From Chrysomallon squamiferum (taxonomy: Eukaryota; Animalia; Mollusca), in the NCBI GenBank assembly GCA_012295275.1, contig CM022671.1, positions 8,122,001-8,186,000 of the forward strand: a DNA stretch of 64,000 nt, in the 5' to 3' direction. Position 1 is the stretch's first letter, and each line of letters opens with the position of its first letter. The notes below the pieces were generated by a model. It worked only from the letters and a program-made list of their open reading frames with translations. It had not been told where the DNA came from and searched no databases. The translations under genes were made by a program, and so were the position numbers. Positions 41,918 to 56,491 of this stretch are shown in pieces.

Positions 41918-42030
41918 TTCAGCTTAGTGTACCTGACTGGGCATTTTTTCATTTTTCAAAAGTCATGGTATATGCTTCCCTGTCTATAGGAAAGGATATA
42001 AAAAGAACCCTTTCTGTCAGTAAATAATAG
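41918..42030 (+). mobile_element. Possible decayed SINE body fragment
   Basis: aaagtcatggtatatgcttccctgtctataggaaaggatataaaaagaaccctttctg resembles, from memory only, an abundant gastropod SINE segment (aaaggccgtggtatgtgctatcctgtctgtggg...atataaaagatcccttgctg), with CG-to-CA changes as expected from methylation decay. Not verified against a library. Confidence 0.35.
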
Positions 42031-45000
42031 TATTATATATTGTTTGATATCAGTAATATATATTAAACAAATCTCTAGCACCCTCTAATATTTAATAATA
42101 AAGTTGTTATTAATCATTTATTCATTCATTCTATTCATTTAAATATCCTGATTTGTACCTACATTTATTTAATATAAACAAGTTTTAGAGTTGAGATTGG
42201 AATATTAAACACATAGAGTTTACTTATGGTAGTAAATTTTTATTTAAAAAAAAAAAAGAATTAATTAATACAAAATAGAAGTTAAAAAAAATTGTACATG
42301 GTTTTTATGTGGGTGATAAAAACTTATATTTACATCTGCTACCACTTCTAAGATTGGTAAGAGCCTTTCATATTAATTCAAATCTAAATTTGGCCCAAGA
42401 AACAGCTTGAATTTACAGAATGGAAACTCATTACACCAAAATATTACCAAAATTGGCCAAGATAACAAAGTGTCTGATGGACAGTAACTATTAAGTGTTA
42501 ATAAAATTTCTTGACCATAACTTTTGGTCAAGTGGGTTAGGCTGACCTTACTGAATAAAAGGTCAACTCACTGGAAAGTGACAATTATATTTATAACCAG
42601 CTTAATAATATTTATCAAAGAAAATGAACCATGGTTTATTTTTGGACACACTAAATTAGTTAAGTGTCCCACAGTACGAATTTCTCAGTTTATGAAAAGA
42701 AGATGATTCATTACCTGTAGAGAAATTTGTTCTTGATATAATAAATTTTAAAAATAATTTACACATCTGAGATAATATTAGTTTAATGAGATTGTATGCA
42801 CAAAAATAATTTTGGCATTTTTCATGTTCATATTAAAAAATAAATTAAAAAAAGAGAAAAAATTAAAATTAATAAAAACAAATAATTGAGATTTTAAAAA
42901 TAAAACTGTTAACAATTAAAAATGTCTCTACTGCAAATGTTTGTCCTTGTGGTGACTTCACTCACTGACTGTTTCAGATTGCAGCTGTATTCAGTGAACA
43001 ATAGAGAAACACAAAAAGGCTTTGGTGAATAAAGAGGGTTATACATATAGTCACATTTCCTTTGGGAGACTAATACTTTAAAAAAATCAGTTTCGGATAA
43101 TCCCAGTAGAATTGTTTCCTGTTTCCAATTATAATCCTGAATATAGTTTATTATAAGCCAGGTAAAATCTTATGTACTTGGTGAAAAAAAAGCTTAGTTT
43201 ATTTGTTAAAATAGCAAGCCACATTTCATTTGGAATCAAGTTTCTTTCCGTATCACCCATTTTTACAACAATCTGTTTTAAAAAATCGTTAAAATTTCAA
43301 ATATTCAAATTTTTTTTTTTCTGTATTTTAATCCCAATTTTAAGTGAACAGCATTATTCAATTACAATATAATCATATTCAGGACTGAAAAAGAAAACAA
43401 TAACCCAACAACCACACACACACACACAAAATAAAATAAAAAATTAAATAAATATAATAAATTTAATTGTTTTTTTTAATATTTTAATAGAAAATAAAAT
43501 AAAATAAAAACAAAACAAAACAATAAATAAATAAATAAATAAATAAAAAAACCCAGGAATAATACAAAAGAAATATAAGAACAAATAATTATAATTGTTA
43601 TGTTTAGTATATGCAAAGTTTGTGCACCATTACATAATGAAATCCCCACTATGATCTGTATCAACAATATCAACTGCTTGAACATTTCTTAAGGCATTTG
43701 TGAATTATTAACAGGAAACTGAAAGAAATGCATAAAATTTAACCAACTGTAAAAATTATTTAAACCTTTATCAGTGGACAGACTAATGTATTCACCCCCA
43801 CCCTGTCTCATTTTGTCTCTTTCAGCTAACCACTAGCTGATACATATATTAATGATTTTAAAATGAATCAGAAAGTGCTGGGGCATTTGTGAGTCATTAA
43901 CTGTTTTTGAAATGTGACACAAAGGAAACATAATTTAAAAGTTTGAGTTAAGAGTATATCTGCTATTAATAAAGCTAATAAAATTCTGACTGTGTCTGGA
44001 CATTTTGGTTAGCCTGACCTGATTTACAAGTCACTTGAATGTGACAAACATATTTATTATAGAGGGTGTTATGATCATCTCCAGACATGGCCCTTAGATC
44101 AAAATAACCTGCTGCTTGTTGTGTTACTTCAAATATGTACGATTAACTTCCCAAGTTAAATACAGCAGAGTGTGGCATTATACATTGATGCAATTAAAAT
44201 AAGCAAATCTTAATTTTCAAATAACTATCCTTAATGTAAGTTAGCAAAATATGAATACATTGAATGACATCATTATGAAGAGTTATTTAAACAAATTTCT
44301 TCTTCTTTTAATTAAAAGAAAAACAGCAATATATGCAGTGATTGGTACATTAATTCATTTAATTTAAAAAAAAAAAAAAAAACAACAACAAAACAACAAA
44401 CAATTGACAGTCTTTGCTGACTGGCTAAATTCAAATAACAGGAACCAGACACTTTTAATAAAATTAAAAAAAAGCTCTGTAAATGTAAAATGTAAAAAAG
44501 TAACAAGAATTTGATATAAAAAAAGAAACAACATTTTTCAGCATAATTTTAAATATAAACGGAAGTTGAATCTGTTAATGTTAGAGAAACATCAGGCAAT
44601 AAACTTTTGAAAAAAAAAGAAGAAAAAAAAAGTTTTTGTTTGTTTAAAATCTGCAAGATGCTGCTATGACCTAGAGACTGGGTCAATCACATTTACATGA
44701 AAATGAAGGATAATGGTTATGTTTTCCCTGCAGACAGGAAAGTACAGAATTACAAATCTAACTGGCCATTATTTCAGTGTCAGGAAGGTGCTGAATCCAG
44801 GAAGTGTTTCAAGTGTTGTAACAGTTGACAAACCTAACTGACTGCTGTGGACACAGAAATTAAATGAGTTAAGTCTTCTCAGTTGAGAATAAAGGAAGAA
44901 GATTTTAGCATTTCCAATCAGCTGCTGTCAGATGTGTATCAATCTGGATAAGCTATACAAGACAACTCTGTTCAGTTTCATTCACCTGGAAATGTGACAG

Positions 45001-47093
45001 CTTAAAATATCAAATCAGTCATCAATTAATGTGGAAACTGTCATTAGATTATTTACAGCAAGAAAAGAAAACATAGATAACTATCAAATATGTAATCTTG
45101 TATTAATCTTCTAAAACTCTGTGTGTGTTTGTGTTAATAATTATTATATTTAAAAGTATTCATGATTGTATGCATTAGTTCATCTGGGTCACTTTTTTTT
45201 AAAAACAATAAATAATTATGTCTGCTGCTGTCTGTTTAAGGCTGTGTTATTTCTGTAATGGTGAGATTTCCCACTGTCATTACTACTGCTTTAATTATTA
45301 TTAGTGATAAAACAACTGCCTGCCTGTGACAGATTTTAATCACAGTGTCCACAGATACCAATCAGATATAGTAGCAATGCTATTTATCTCATCTGCCTGT
45401 ATGTTTGGCTGCTACCCAGTCATGCGGCAGCTTTTAACATAATGGAGTAACAGCTTTCTGTCCAGTTTACCAGCTGTTTTATGCTTTTCTAAAGTTCATT
45501 TCCCTGTCATTCCACTGTGAAAATATTTCTTTTTTTTTCTTTTTATAATTCTAGGTTAAAACATTTCTTATTCAAGATATTGTTGTTGTTTTTTTCAACA
45601 AATAAAATAATGTCAAATCAGGTGGCAGTTAAGACAGCAAACAATTCTGTTTTGGAGATTTGGAGAAGTTATAAAAATAAAAAAATAAATAAGAATAATA
45701 AAAAATAAATAAATAAATAAATAAAAAATAATAATAATAAGTGCAAGCCACAACATGAATTTTGAATTTAAAGTTCATCATTAAAATACCAAATGAAAAT
45801 AAATAAAATGTACTAACACTAAACACAATTTATATTTAAACATTTTAATCCACTGATGTCAAAGAAACATAACATAGAAAAAAGAAACTGAAAGCAAGAA
45901 AAAAGAAATATTAATTTGCATTATTTCTATACTTGAAGGCATACCAAATAAGTGTGAGTGAAATTTGGATTTTAATTGAAAGAAAACAGTTCTTTGATGT
46001 TTTAATTAATAATCTGCTAATGCTGACATTTTGATTCCAAGGTGAAGATGACTTTAAGATAACCCAGAAATATCTTTTTTCATTCCTTTTTTGTTATTAT
46101 TTTAAAAAAAATTAAAAAAACATTTTTTTAGATATTTTGGACTTCAGATACTTACATTTTGATATTATCTCTTTGTAACTTTGTTAAATATAGATATGAA
46201 ATCAAATGAATGGGTTAACATGATCTAGATTATATAAAACAGAATTATTTAACAACTTCATCTTACTTTTGAAAAGTACAACTCAGTATTGTTTTTCTTT
46301 TTAGATGGTTTTACATATACGTGCACATTTTTTTTTTTTAAATTAAAAAACAAAACAATAATAAAGTATTCAACCATTTGTGTTTAATTTGTTTTTTTTT
46401 AGATTTTTTACAAACTACAACAAATGCACAGCCTTTAACAGTATTTTCAAGTTAAAAGGTAATAAAAATTCAGTTAAAAAAAAAAAAAATAATAATAAAT
46501 AATAAAATATAAAAATAGACTTAAATGGTAAATAAAGTAATATTAATTTATCTTCATTAGTATAATGGAACAACAGTTATGGCATGTTTTCATGGACACA
46601 TGTAGCAATAAAATATTTCAGCTATTCTGACAGGCTGCATCTAACACACTATGCTGAGAAAAAAAAAAAAGATCACAATGCTTTAGTATGGACAGAGTTA
46701 TCACCCTTTTCCATTACTAACAGAGACTAAGAGGATATGTTAAGGTCTACAGAGTGCTCTACCTTTATTTGTTACTTACAGATACAAAGATAATAAAAAA
46801 TAGTAAGAATTTTCAGTTTATGGAAATTATTTTAATTTATATACCATAATTATTAGTTTAAAATAAATATATAAATACATTTTTTAAAAAATAATTCAAT
46901 AAACAAACAAATAAATAAAAAAAATAAAAATTAAATAAATAAATATTAAAGATATAATGAATTGTGAATAACTGAATTTAATAAAAAAAATATATATATA
47001 ATTAACTGTTATCTGACAGAATTAACATTAAGTTGGTGATATTACCATATTTTAATCTAACAATCTGTGGGTTAATGTTGACTGGTATTTTTC

Positions 47094-47133
<40 letters not shown>
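47094..47133. repeat. (ATT)n microsatellite
   Basis: Directly visible. Confidence 0.9.
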
Positions 47134-48186
47134 TAATTTCACTGATTTCTTTCACTCACTTCTTAATCAAATAAAAAAAGTAATAAATTAAAAAATCAAA
47201 AAGAAAAGAAAAAGACAAAAGAAATAATCTAGTTTCATAAACCAAAGACAACAAAAACAAAATCTAACAAGTAAAACCATTTATGTCTAATCATACACCA
47301 ATTTAATCACCAATTAATACAGTGACATTTACATATGTACAAACAGGGACATTTCATTCAACAGTTTGTTCAAATTAACAATGAATAATGCTATTAACTG
47401 TAAATTTCTTAATTACCAATATGTATATTTTAACCTTGGTTTCTTGTTTAATAACTGAAAATACAGCTATTTAAATAATGATTAAAATATTTATGGTCAC
47501 AGTTAATATGATGACTGCTTCTACCATACTTCAACAGTCACTGACACATACAACTGTAGTCTGAATACAATACTATAATGTCGTATATTAAACAGAAATG
47601 GAAATTAATAACCTTTTAAAATTTATTTCATAATCTTTATTGAGCATTGTGCAAAATGCCAAGCTGTTTATCTCAACTGTAAAATATTGTTAACAAACAA
47701 AATGCATCAACAGTTAAAACGACACTCTATATGGGTGGTGCCTAAAATATTAATGATGTTCTAAATAACCTTGATTTTTTTTTTCAATAAAATGTTAGCT
47801 TCTGACATTTATATATCACACACACACACACACACACACAAATAACTGTTAAGAAAGATGTTAATTGTCTTTCATGTTATGCAATATTTTTTAAAAGTAC
47901 TTTTTAAATAATAAGATCAATAATAAAACAGACCACTCTAAATCATGGAAATTCAAATACTTTTTAAATTACAAGAAACTGAAATACACAGTAACTAAAC
48001 AACATATCTTTGTAATGATTGGAATGCAGATGTATACAATTATGATCCCTCTTTAGACTAATTGTACAAGTCTTAATAATTGTCTTTGTCCAACAATATA
48101 CACACCCAGTCATTAATTAATAAAAACGTATATAAATATTAAAAATAATCCTTCTTTTAGTTTAGTTTGGCAGGAATTGTGAATTG

Positions 48187-48187
<1 letters not shown>

Positions 48188-48232
<45 letters not shown>

Positions 48233-48244
48233 TTTTATTTTATT
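48188..48244. repeat. (ATTT)n microsatellite
   Basis: Directly visible. Confidence 0.9.
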
Positions 48245-48539
48245 TTTTTAAATTTTTTTTATTGTCTATCTCATCTAAAATACTCCAGCTAGTACTCAAG
48301 CACATTTAAGTAACTACAGAAAATCTACCAGAAAAAATAAGAGAAAAAAACATTATTCAGATTTTTTTGATTTTTTTTTATATATATTTCTCTGAACTTT
48401 ACATCAGTTGTTTTGTTTTCTGAATACAGGAAATGGTCTTAATGTAAGCTGCATACTGTTTCAGCCAATCCCATATCTACAAGAACCAGTTCTGCTTCTA
48501 CTGCAGAAACATGTTTTCTTTAACATGAGCTTTAATCAG

Positions 48540-48540
48540 A

Positions 48541-48598
<58 letters not shown>
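48540..48598. repeat. (ATT)n microsatellite
   Basis: Pure run. It explains the poly-Leu ORF. Confidence 0.95.
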
Positions 48599-49491
48599 TA
48601 TAATACTAAAAAACAAACAGTGATAATAATTTTTTATTATTATTTTTGTACATTCTTTTTAGAGATTTGTAAACAAAGTTATGAATTTTGCATTTACCAA
48701 TCCTGATTATGTACTTTACAATATATTTACAAATCTTACTAAATATAATTAAAAAAAAAAAAAAAAATGCATGTGTGTTCAGTTATATATATATTATTTT
48801 TGGTAAATTACAAAATATATAAATAACTTTTACAGTTGTAAGGGTCAGACAGTTAAAGCTGTAGTTCATTGGCTACATGTGTATTTTATTTTCATCAATG
48901 ATGTTTACATAATTTACAGTTAATTACCAACACCTGAATTTTATTCACATAAATCATATATTTAGCTTATTATTATTAATATGTGAAAGAAAAAACCCAA
49001 CAAAAAACCCCAAAGTAGATAAATATTAGTGTTGTAAAATCTGCTGGAAATGAAGGCATTGTAATTATGCAGTGAAGCACAGTTTACTAGCAAATCATAA
49101 ATAAGTTGTAAGTAAATAATAATAAATAACAGCTGCTGACCCACTACAACATCTGCTTGTTTATTTGCTATTTAATAAACCATGAAATCCACTCTGTTCT
49201 CTTTATATCTATTTCAAGTCATTTCCTAAACTGAAGAACCAATGTTTCTGTGCAAACTTTTAAATCTGTGTGTGTGATATATAAATGTCAGAACTGCATG
49301 TCCCTGTGTATATTATATATGTAAGCTATATGTTTAAAATATATGAAAAATGTATTTTCTGTAGTTTTAATGAGCCAAAAATTAAAAAAATTTCCAGAAA
49401 TTTTCTGATATTATTTGTTTTTCTGTATTAACGAAGAATGAGTAATGTGAAATTCTGTGGTGGGATTTGGGCTTTTATTATTTTTTTTATA

Positions 49492-49635
<144 letters not shown>

Positions 49636-50479
49636 ACAAATGAATGAATGTTTAAAGGCACCCCAAAAATCAGCTATTGGATATCAGTCATCATAATGAT
49701 AAAAGAATATTCTCAAATAATTTAGTGTAAAAAGCTATAAATCACTCAGAATCATAAAAGTGCAGAAAAATGAACCGTGAGCTATTTTTAAAAATTTGGT
49801 AACATTAAATCATTTCTTTAAAATGAGATTAATCTGTTTTACAGCATGACATCCTGCAGCCACTGATAAAACAATTACTTAAAGTATTGCTAAACTATTC
49901 CTTTTTTTTTTTTTAGTAATCTAGTTCCATTTTTATTGGCAGCATTTTATGTTTTCGTTTTGAGTAACCTTGACTTCATTACAGATTATTTGTTAAGTGC
50001 ATTTGAGAAAACCTTTTTCAAAATCCATTGAGATCACTTTGGTTTTGTTGTTGTTTCTTTTGGGATTCTTTTTTTTTCATTTCACTTTTAAATAAACAGA
50101 TGCTAGTTACACAGATGAAGCCATCATTACAAGATATTAGTATAATCAATGAAATTAAAGAAAATGAGAAAAATATTGATCTCCTCCTACTCATAACCAG
50201 AATCATTCTGTGCAAGATAAACAAGCTAAATAAAGTAATTGTTTTCATTCAAACATTACAAAAGTGCAGAACTAATTAAGTCAATAGCAGAACATACTTC
50301 CTCCTGTGAATGACCCTTCCTGTTATTTATTGTTTTACAACTGAAGTGTCAGAGTTAAAACCAAAGTGGTACACATATTTATCACTTCCTTCATTTACAC
50401 TTCAATCAAAAGAGACAAACTTGAACTTTTTACAACCCATAAGTCGGAATAGTTACATGAAAATAAATGTGAATGTTAA

Positions 50480-50613
50480 CACACACACACACACACACAT
50501 GTAAACATTTAGATACATATACATACATTACACACCCATACACATGCAAACATTCAGACAGAAACACACACACGATAGACATGCATGCATAAATGCAGAA
50601 TATACACACTCAG

Positions 50614-50640
<27 letters not shown>
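50480..50640 (+). repeat. CA-rich direct repeat copy 1 (copy 2 at 53550-53705)
   Basis: The exact core tagacatgcatgcataaatgcagaata and the block aacattcaga are shared with copy 2. Confidence 0.8.
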
Positions 50641-50644
<4 letters not shown>

Positions 50645-50746
50645 CTTTTTCTCTTGTTCTTTCACTTATACACACACAACAACAACAACAACCGATACCA
50701 TACCCTAACTGCAGAATATAAATATAAATATCCAGAAACAACTTAC

Positions 50747-50771
50747 CTTTTGGTTCTATTGGCCTGTTCAT
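50747..50771 (-). CDS. SRGAP1: Candidate first (possibly alternative) coding exon of the srGAP gene, MNRPIEPK|D
   Basis: Minus strand reads TAA TTT AAA ATG AAC AGG CCA ATA GAA CCA AAA G|gtaagt. There is an upstream in-frame stop, A-rich Kozak context and a consensus donor AAG|GTAAGT. Phase 1 is exactly what the 3471 acceptor needs (G+AT = Asp, giving ...PK-DIRAQL; compare vertebrate ...VK-EIRAQL). Too short for homology support. Confidence 0.5.
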
Positions 50772-52398
50772 TTTAAATTAATGGTTAACGTTATTTCATC
50801 TAACTGTAATTAAATAACAATTTCTTCTACATAGTGCTAATCATGCATATGCACATAATTATGAATTACTGTAAATGATTCTCCTGAGTTTCCGATGTGA
50901 CGTGAACAAACAGATGGCAGGCTCACACTCAGATGTCAGAGATGTTTAACATAATCAACAACTAACAAAAGGATTAAGAAAAACTGTCCAGCAGGGATCA
51001 TCAGATAATTTCATCCAAACAGCCAGCAGTGTGCAGACTGTGCTAATCTCTTCAAGAAGCCAAACCACACCTTCGCTTGAAGTTCAGTCTCAGCATGTTG
51101 GGAAGAATTTTAAAAACTAATTAAATGAGGAAGACTGCAAGCTAGGTATACAAACCGAACAGTTAAAGTGATTATAAGCAGACTGATGTTAAATGTCTTG
51201 AAAACATGTATGCAATAAAGTAATATAAGTTGTAATATATCTTCATAAATCTTTTTAGATTCTGACAACAGAGGATGATATCAGCTTGTCATTCATTTCC
51301 GCAGCAAAACATGACACAATGCTTTATCCCTCTGTCAGAGATTTCTATATTTAATCTTAACATAAAAAAATGTACCCAACACGATTAGTATTAATTTTAT
51401 TAAAGTTTATGTGAAGTGTTTGAGTTCTTTGAAGAAATGACAAGCATTACATTTTGAGTTCATCAAGAACAAAATTTAAAAAGTAAATTAATGAATGATG
51501 CATAATAATAATTATAGGAAAATCAGAAACATAAATTATTATTTTAAAACTACTGGGACAAAACGTTATTAAACTTATACCAAACCAACCATTGCTAAAA
51601 GTCAATCTGATGGTCAAATAATAGTTATCCTATTTAGTTTCACATAACCACTGTACCCCTTCTGAGTTTGTAATTTTAGGATTTTATAATTATAGCAAAC
51701 TTTGCCAGAACTTGATAAAATAATCCAATTATATGTAACATAACCATCCAGACTAAAATCTTCTTTTTTGAAACTGAACAATGTAACTTTCTATGACAAG
51801 CCTATATACAGTCCACTGTTGTATAGAGTGTACTGAGTGGTAAAATAACAGAGTTTGAAACCTGATCATGCTAAAAGAAAACTGACTCTCCACTTCCATT
51901 CTGTTTCTCAGTGTATAGTATTTATGCACAGCATGAAATCCTGAACTTGCCAGCTGTCAGTTTCTGGCTGATATTGATTTTGTTTTAAAATAATAAAGCT
52001 AATCTACAAAAATACTTTGTACATTAAATGCATATATGTGGAAGGAAACTTCCTGGTTTTACAGTAGTAATAAATCAAGATAAAGATGAAAGAATTAACT
52101 GTCAATGCATTATTACTTCCATGTTCAAGCATATTTCTTTTTTTTTTTTTAACTTTTTCTTTTTTTTTGTATGAGAGAATTTTTTTTTTTTTGGTGAAAA
52201 TGCTGACATGAAAAAAGAAGAAAATATTTGCTGTGAATCTTTAATGTTGTTTCTAATTTTATTATTTAAGAATATTTTTTTTATTGTCTTTAACAAAAAA
52301 AAAACCTAGAAAGACTGAGCATATAATGTTTTTAGCCCATAAGACCTGCTCAATACTCTTTTTAAAACCTATTTTTCTAATATCTTAATTATAACTAT

Positions 52399-52431
<33 letters not shown>

Positions 52432-53549
52432 TTAAAAATTAATTTAATAGCCAGATACAGTTAAAACTTTTCTGTTTGAATAATTAATTACAATTACTAC
52501 CAGTCATTAGATACCCATGTTTTCTATTAATTAGCAATTTCTTAAATACAGTAACAAACAAATTATAAGTTATCTGTTAAGTGGTGCGCTGATCAGTAAC
52601 ATTTCACACACACAAACCACTTTATCTTCATGCAGTGCACTTAGTACACAGCAGTTGTGATAAGGGGATCAAAAGCTGGAAAATGTCAGAAAATCAAAGC
52701 ACTGCAGTCAGCCTTTCAATCGGGCATTTGGTAACTTTATGAAGCTGTTTATTTGTAGACAATGTAATGTTCGGCAATGTGCTCCTTGTTTCAACAAGGG
52801 AACAGAGACATCTTGATTGTAAATCAGTGTGAGCACAAACGTACTGGGTGATACAGACAGGTGTCTCACCTCAAACATCAATTTGTTGTTTCCATAAAGT
52901 GCAGCATGTTTTTAGACATGTATTAGAATATTCTTGTAACCTGAAGGCATTTGTACCCAAATCTTTAATGTGTAAAGTAAAAAAAAAATAAAAAAAAAAA
53001 AAAATCTAAAAAAAAAAAAAAAAAAAAAAAAACACAGAAAAAAGATAGGCAAATTATGATGAAAAAGAAAAAAAAAAAAGAGTTTATTACTGTTGACAAT
53101 TAATAATTTACATCAAAAAGAAAATTATTGTATAATCTAAGTTTACATTTTCAGCTTCTTAATATATAATTTTATTGTGAAAGAAAGAAATAGAAAATAA
53201 TAACAACAACCACAACAAAAATAATAATAGTTTTATAAAATATATAATTACAAACACAGATATAAACATATCCATTTATGTACATAGATAATAATTACAT
53301 GTTGTTTTGAATTATTTTGCAAATACACTCAGCTTACATTTTAATAACCAAAAATTATTAAATTAAAAAACAATGAAAATTCCAAAAATTTCCAAAATTG
53401 TTCCTGTGAAAAGATACACGTTAAGAAATCGATCTCGAAACAAATTAATCATAGTTAATTCTGTGAAAACTATCCATCACTGTGACATACATTTAGTATT
53501 GGTGTGTTTATAAAGCATATCAATCAGTAGTAGAGCTATTTTCTTTAAT

Positions 53550-53705
53550 AACACACACACGCACACACATGCCAACATTTACATACAAACATACACACCA
53601 TTACACATACAAATATGCCAACATTCAGATATTCAGATATAAACACAGACATACACTATAGACATGCATGCATAAATGCAGAATAGACACACACACACAC
53701 ACACA
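53550..53705 (+). repeat. CA-rich direct repeat copy 2
   Basis: Collinear with 50480-50640. Confidence 0.8.
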
Positions 53706-56454
53706 AAATATAAACACTGACATCTATATAAATAGACCTGAGAATTTACTACTGTTAAAAAATCCAATATCAGCAATTTAAACAGTTACTAAATCAATAT
53801 TTTAATGGCACCCAAAGAATATTATTCAACAACAACAACAAAAAAATAATATTATGGATAAAAACAAATATGGAATAAACTACAAATGTTGTGTACATTA
53901 CTGAGAAACTCTGATTCTGTAAGTTGCAGGATTTACTGTCTAAACATACTCTATCCAAAACAGATATTTTAGTATGTGGTGGGTGCATCCCATGTCTGCA
54001 ATACAGCAACAGCTGATCTCTCCTGGTCTTCTCTTGAGAATCAATAATCATACAGTAAAAGCTGACAGTTGATGATTAACATGCATGTGTCATTAAACAA
54101 TCACTTATTCTCTTCTGCTCATTTTTATTTTATACACATGTGGGTGTATCTACCTATCTATCTATCTGTGTGTGTGTGTGTGTGTGTGTATATGTATATA
54201 TATATATTCATCATATATTCTGCATGTATATATATTATATAGCCTTACAACCTAGTACACATACATACATAGATATGTACATAAACTTACATTTCGAATA
54301 ACATACACTCACCAACAATACATATCTCTCACATATAATAAATCATGTATTCATATAGAGTTACAAAAAGTATCTTTTGTTGGCTGTGTATTTGTCATAT
54401 TGAGATATTTTTAATATCAGAATAAACAAAATATAAATTACTTTTATTTGATGCAATTTGATGCTGAATTCCTTGCGTTAACCTGTAAGGTCATGATCAC
54501 AATCAACGGAGCTGCAGAGAAAAACAAAACTGCGAAGGGCAGGTAAAAGCTGGCAGGGTTATTGAGCAGACATGTCAACACTCTGCCAGACAGGCGTGTA
54601 TGATTGACATGTGACCTTTCAAAATGCTCTTTGGTGCAAATGCATACTAATTTCAGCAGATGAGTAATCATTCAACGCAGGCTACATTCAATTACAATCA
54701 GAGCAGTCTACCATACTGTCTCTAATTCAAACACCAGTAATGTACAAGCCTGAATGTAAATAATGTTCCTTTTCTGCAAACTAATTGTAGCAGAAGGAAA
54801 ATAATGGCTGATTAATAAGAGTTTTGGTAAACAAACATTAACCTATTTATTTATTATTTTATTAGTGTTTGGAAAAGAACTACAATGCTATACAGCTATC
54901 TGTGTAATTTCTGTTAACATGAAGGTAACAGAAAATAGAGTATATACGGTATCATAAACCTTTACGTTCCCTTTTGTGATTCAGCAATAGAGAACTTTGT
55001 TCAGGTTGAATTATTATGATATACAGAACCTCCATAATTTTAATGTAGTCAAGTAACACAGAAAATTCATAAATACCTTGACTATATTTTTTACCTCTCC
55101 ATACATAAACTTGCAAGTGAAAAAAACATTTGTTTTAGGAAATATGTTTTAAAATTATTTAATTTTTTCTTTCTTAACTTCATTTTTTTTTTTTCTCAAG
55201 ATAACTCAACTTAGTTGTTTAACCTGTCCTATGCTGCATGTTTTATGTGTACATGAAACGTTCATTATAATGGGGTTCCACTGTATTCCTCACCCATTAT
55301 AACCTCAGTCCATTCAGACTGGTATTTTCAGTTTGTTGAGAGATGTGTTTGAAAAAGATCACTGATGATAAACTAACTGGTGATATGAGGTGTGAAAGGT
55401 TTGAAAGATAAACTGTTTATGTGTACTACAGTGAGCTAAGTTAGGAACATGGTACTGCTGATATAACGAAAACCTGTTAAATCAACTAAAATACTCTGTT
55501 CTACAAAATTTAATTAAACCATAAACAGATTACATAATTCTTAAAGTACATGTAGACTATGAACAGTATGAGTGAGTTATAAGTGTCAGTTTCCATAAAA
55601 CATTCATTAGTTATTATCCAAATTACGATCTGCAAAAATGTAAAATAAAGTATCCACTAATTAAAATAAATAAATAAATAATTGAAAAATAAAATTGCTG
55701 AACCTAGACAAAACAAAAACATGAATGTTATTACAACATTTATATTTTATCAGTATATTATTTTTGTGAAAAAAATGAATCAAAACAGATATTACAATCC
55801 TTAAGGCATTTTTCTTTCTACATATCTTGTTGGTGAATGTACAACGAAATAGTTTTATCAACATAATATAGTGTCAGTCAAAACAGCAATGTTTCTGAAC
55901 ATTAATTTGTCCACAAGCACATTACTAAATTCACTGTAGAGTGGAAACTGATTTGTTTGGAGTCCATTAACCTGTAATATAAAACAGTTATCTTGGCTTG
56001 CTGGAATCTGATACTGTTATTAGAAATAAATTAATATACTCTGTATTCTGGAAATGTGATATAAACACAATACTCAGAGCTGGAGTTGTTCTGCAAATAC
56101 ATCACACACTTTTATGTTTTTTCTTTTCCTATTTTATAAACAACAATGATTCATTTGTTTAATTTTTGTAAAGGAAAATGCACATAATGCAAGTTCTACA
56201 GATAAAAAAAATCTGTATTTTGTTAATGTTTGGTTTAAGAAATAAATAAATAAATAAAATAAATAGGTAAGGTTACCATATCAAAAAAAAACCCCACCCC
56301 AAAACAATGCTTCTATGAAGTTCTTTCCAAAAGATGCAGTGATATTTTAAATATAAGACAACAAAAATGGCTTCAGTTTTTAAAGTAAATATATAGCCAT
56401 ATATCTCAAAGTTCATCTAACCACAAGTATATCCTGCAGATATATAATCTCACC

Positions 56455-56460
<6 letters not shown>

Positions 56461-56489
<29 letters not shown>
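56461..56489. repeat. (TG)n microsatellite
   Basis: Directly visible. Confidence 0.9.

Positions 56490-56491
<2 letters not shown>

Noticed and set aside
51820-51870. tRNA-like A/B-box remnants (gtactgagtggtaaa...gagtttgaaacc)
   Set aside because: Too degenerate and no cloverleaf. A tRNA or SINE head cannot be supported.
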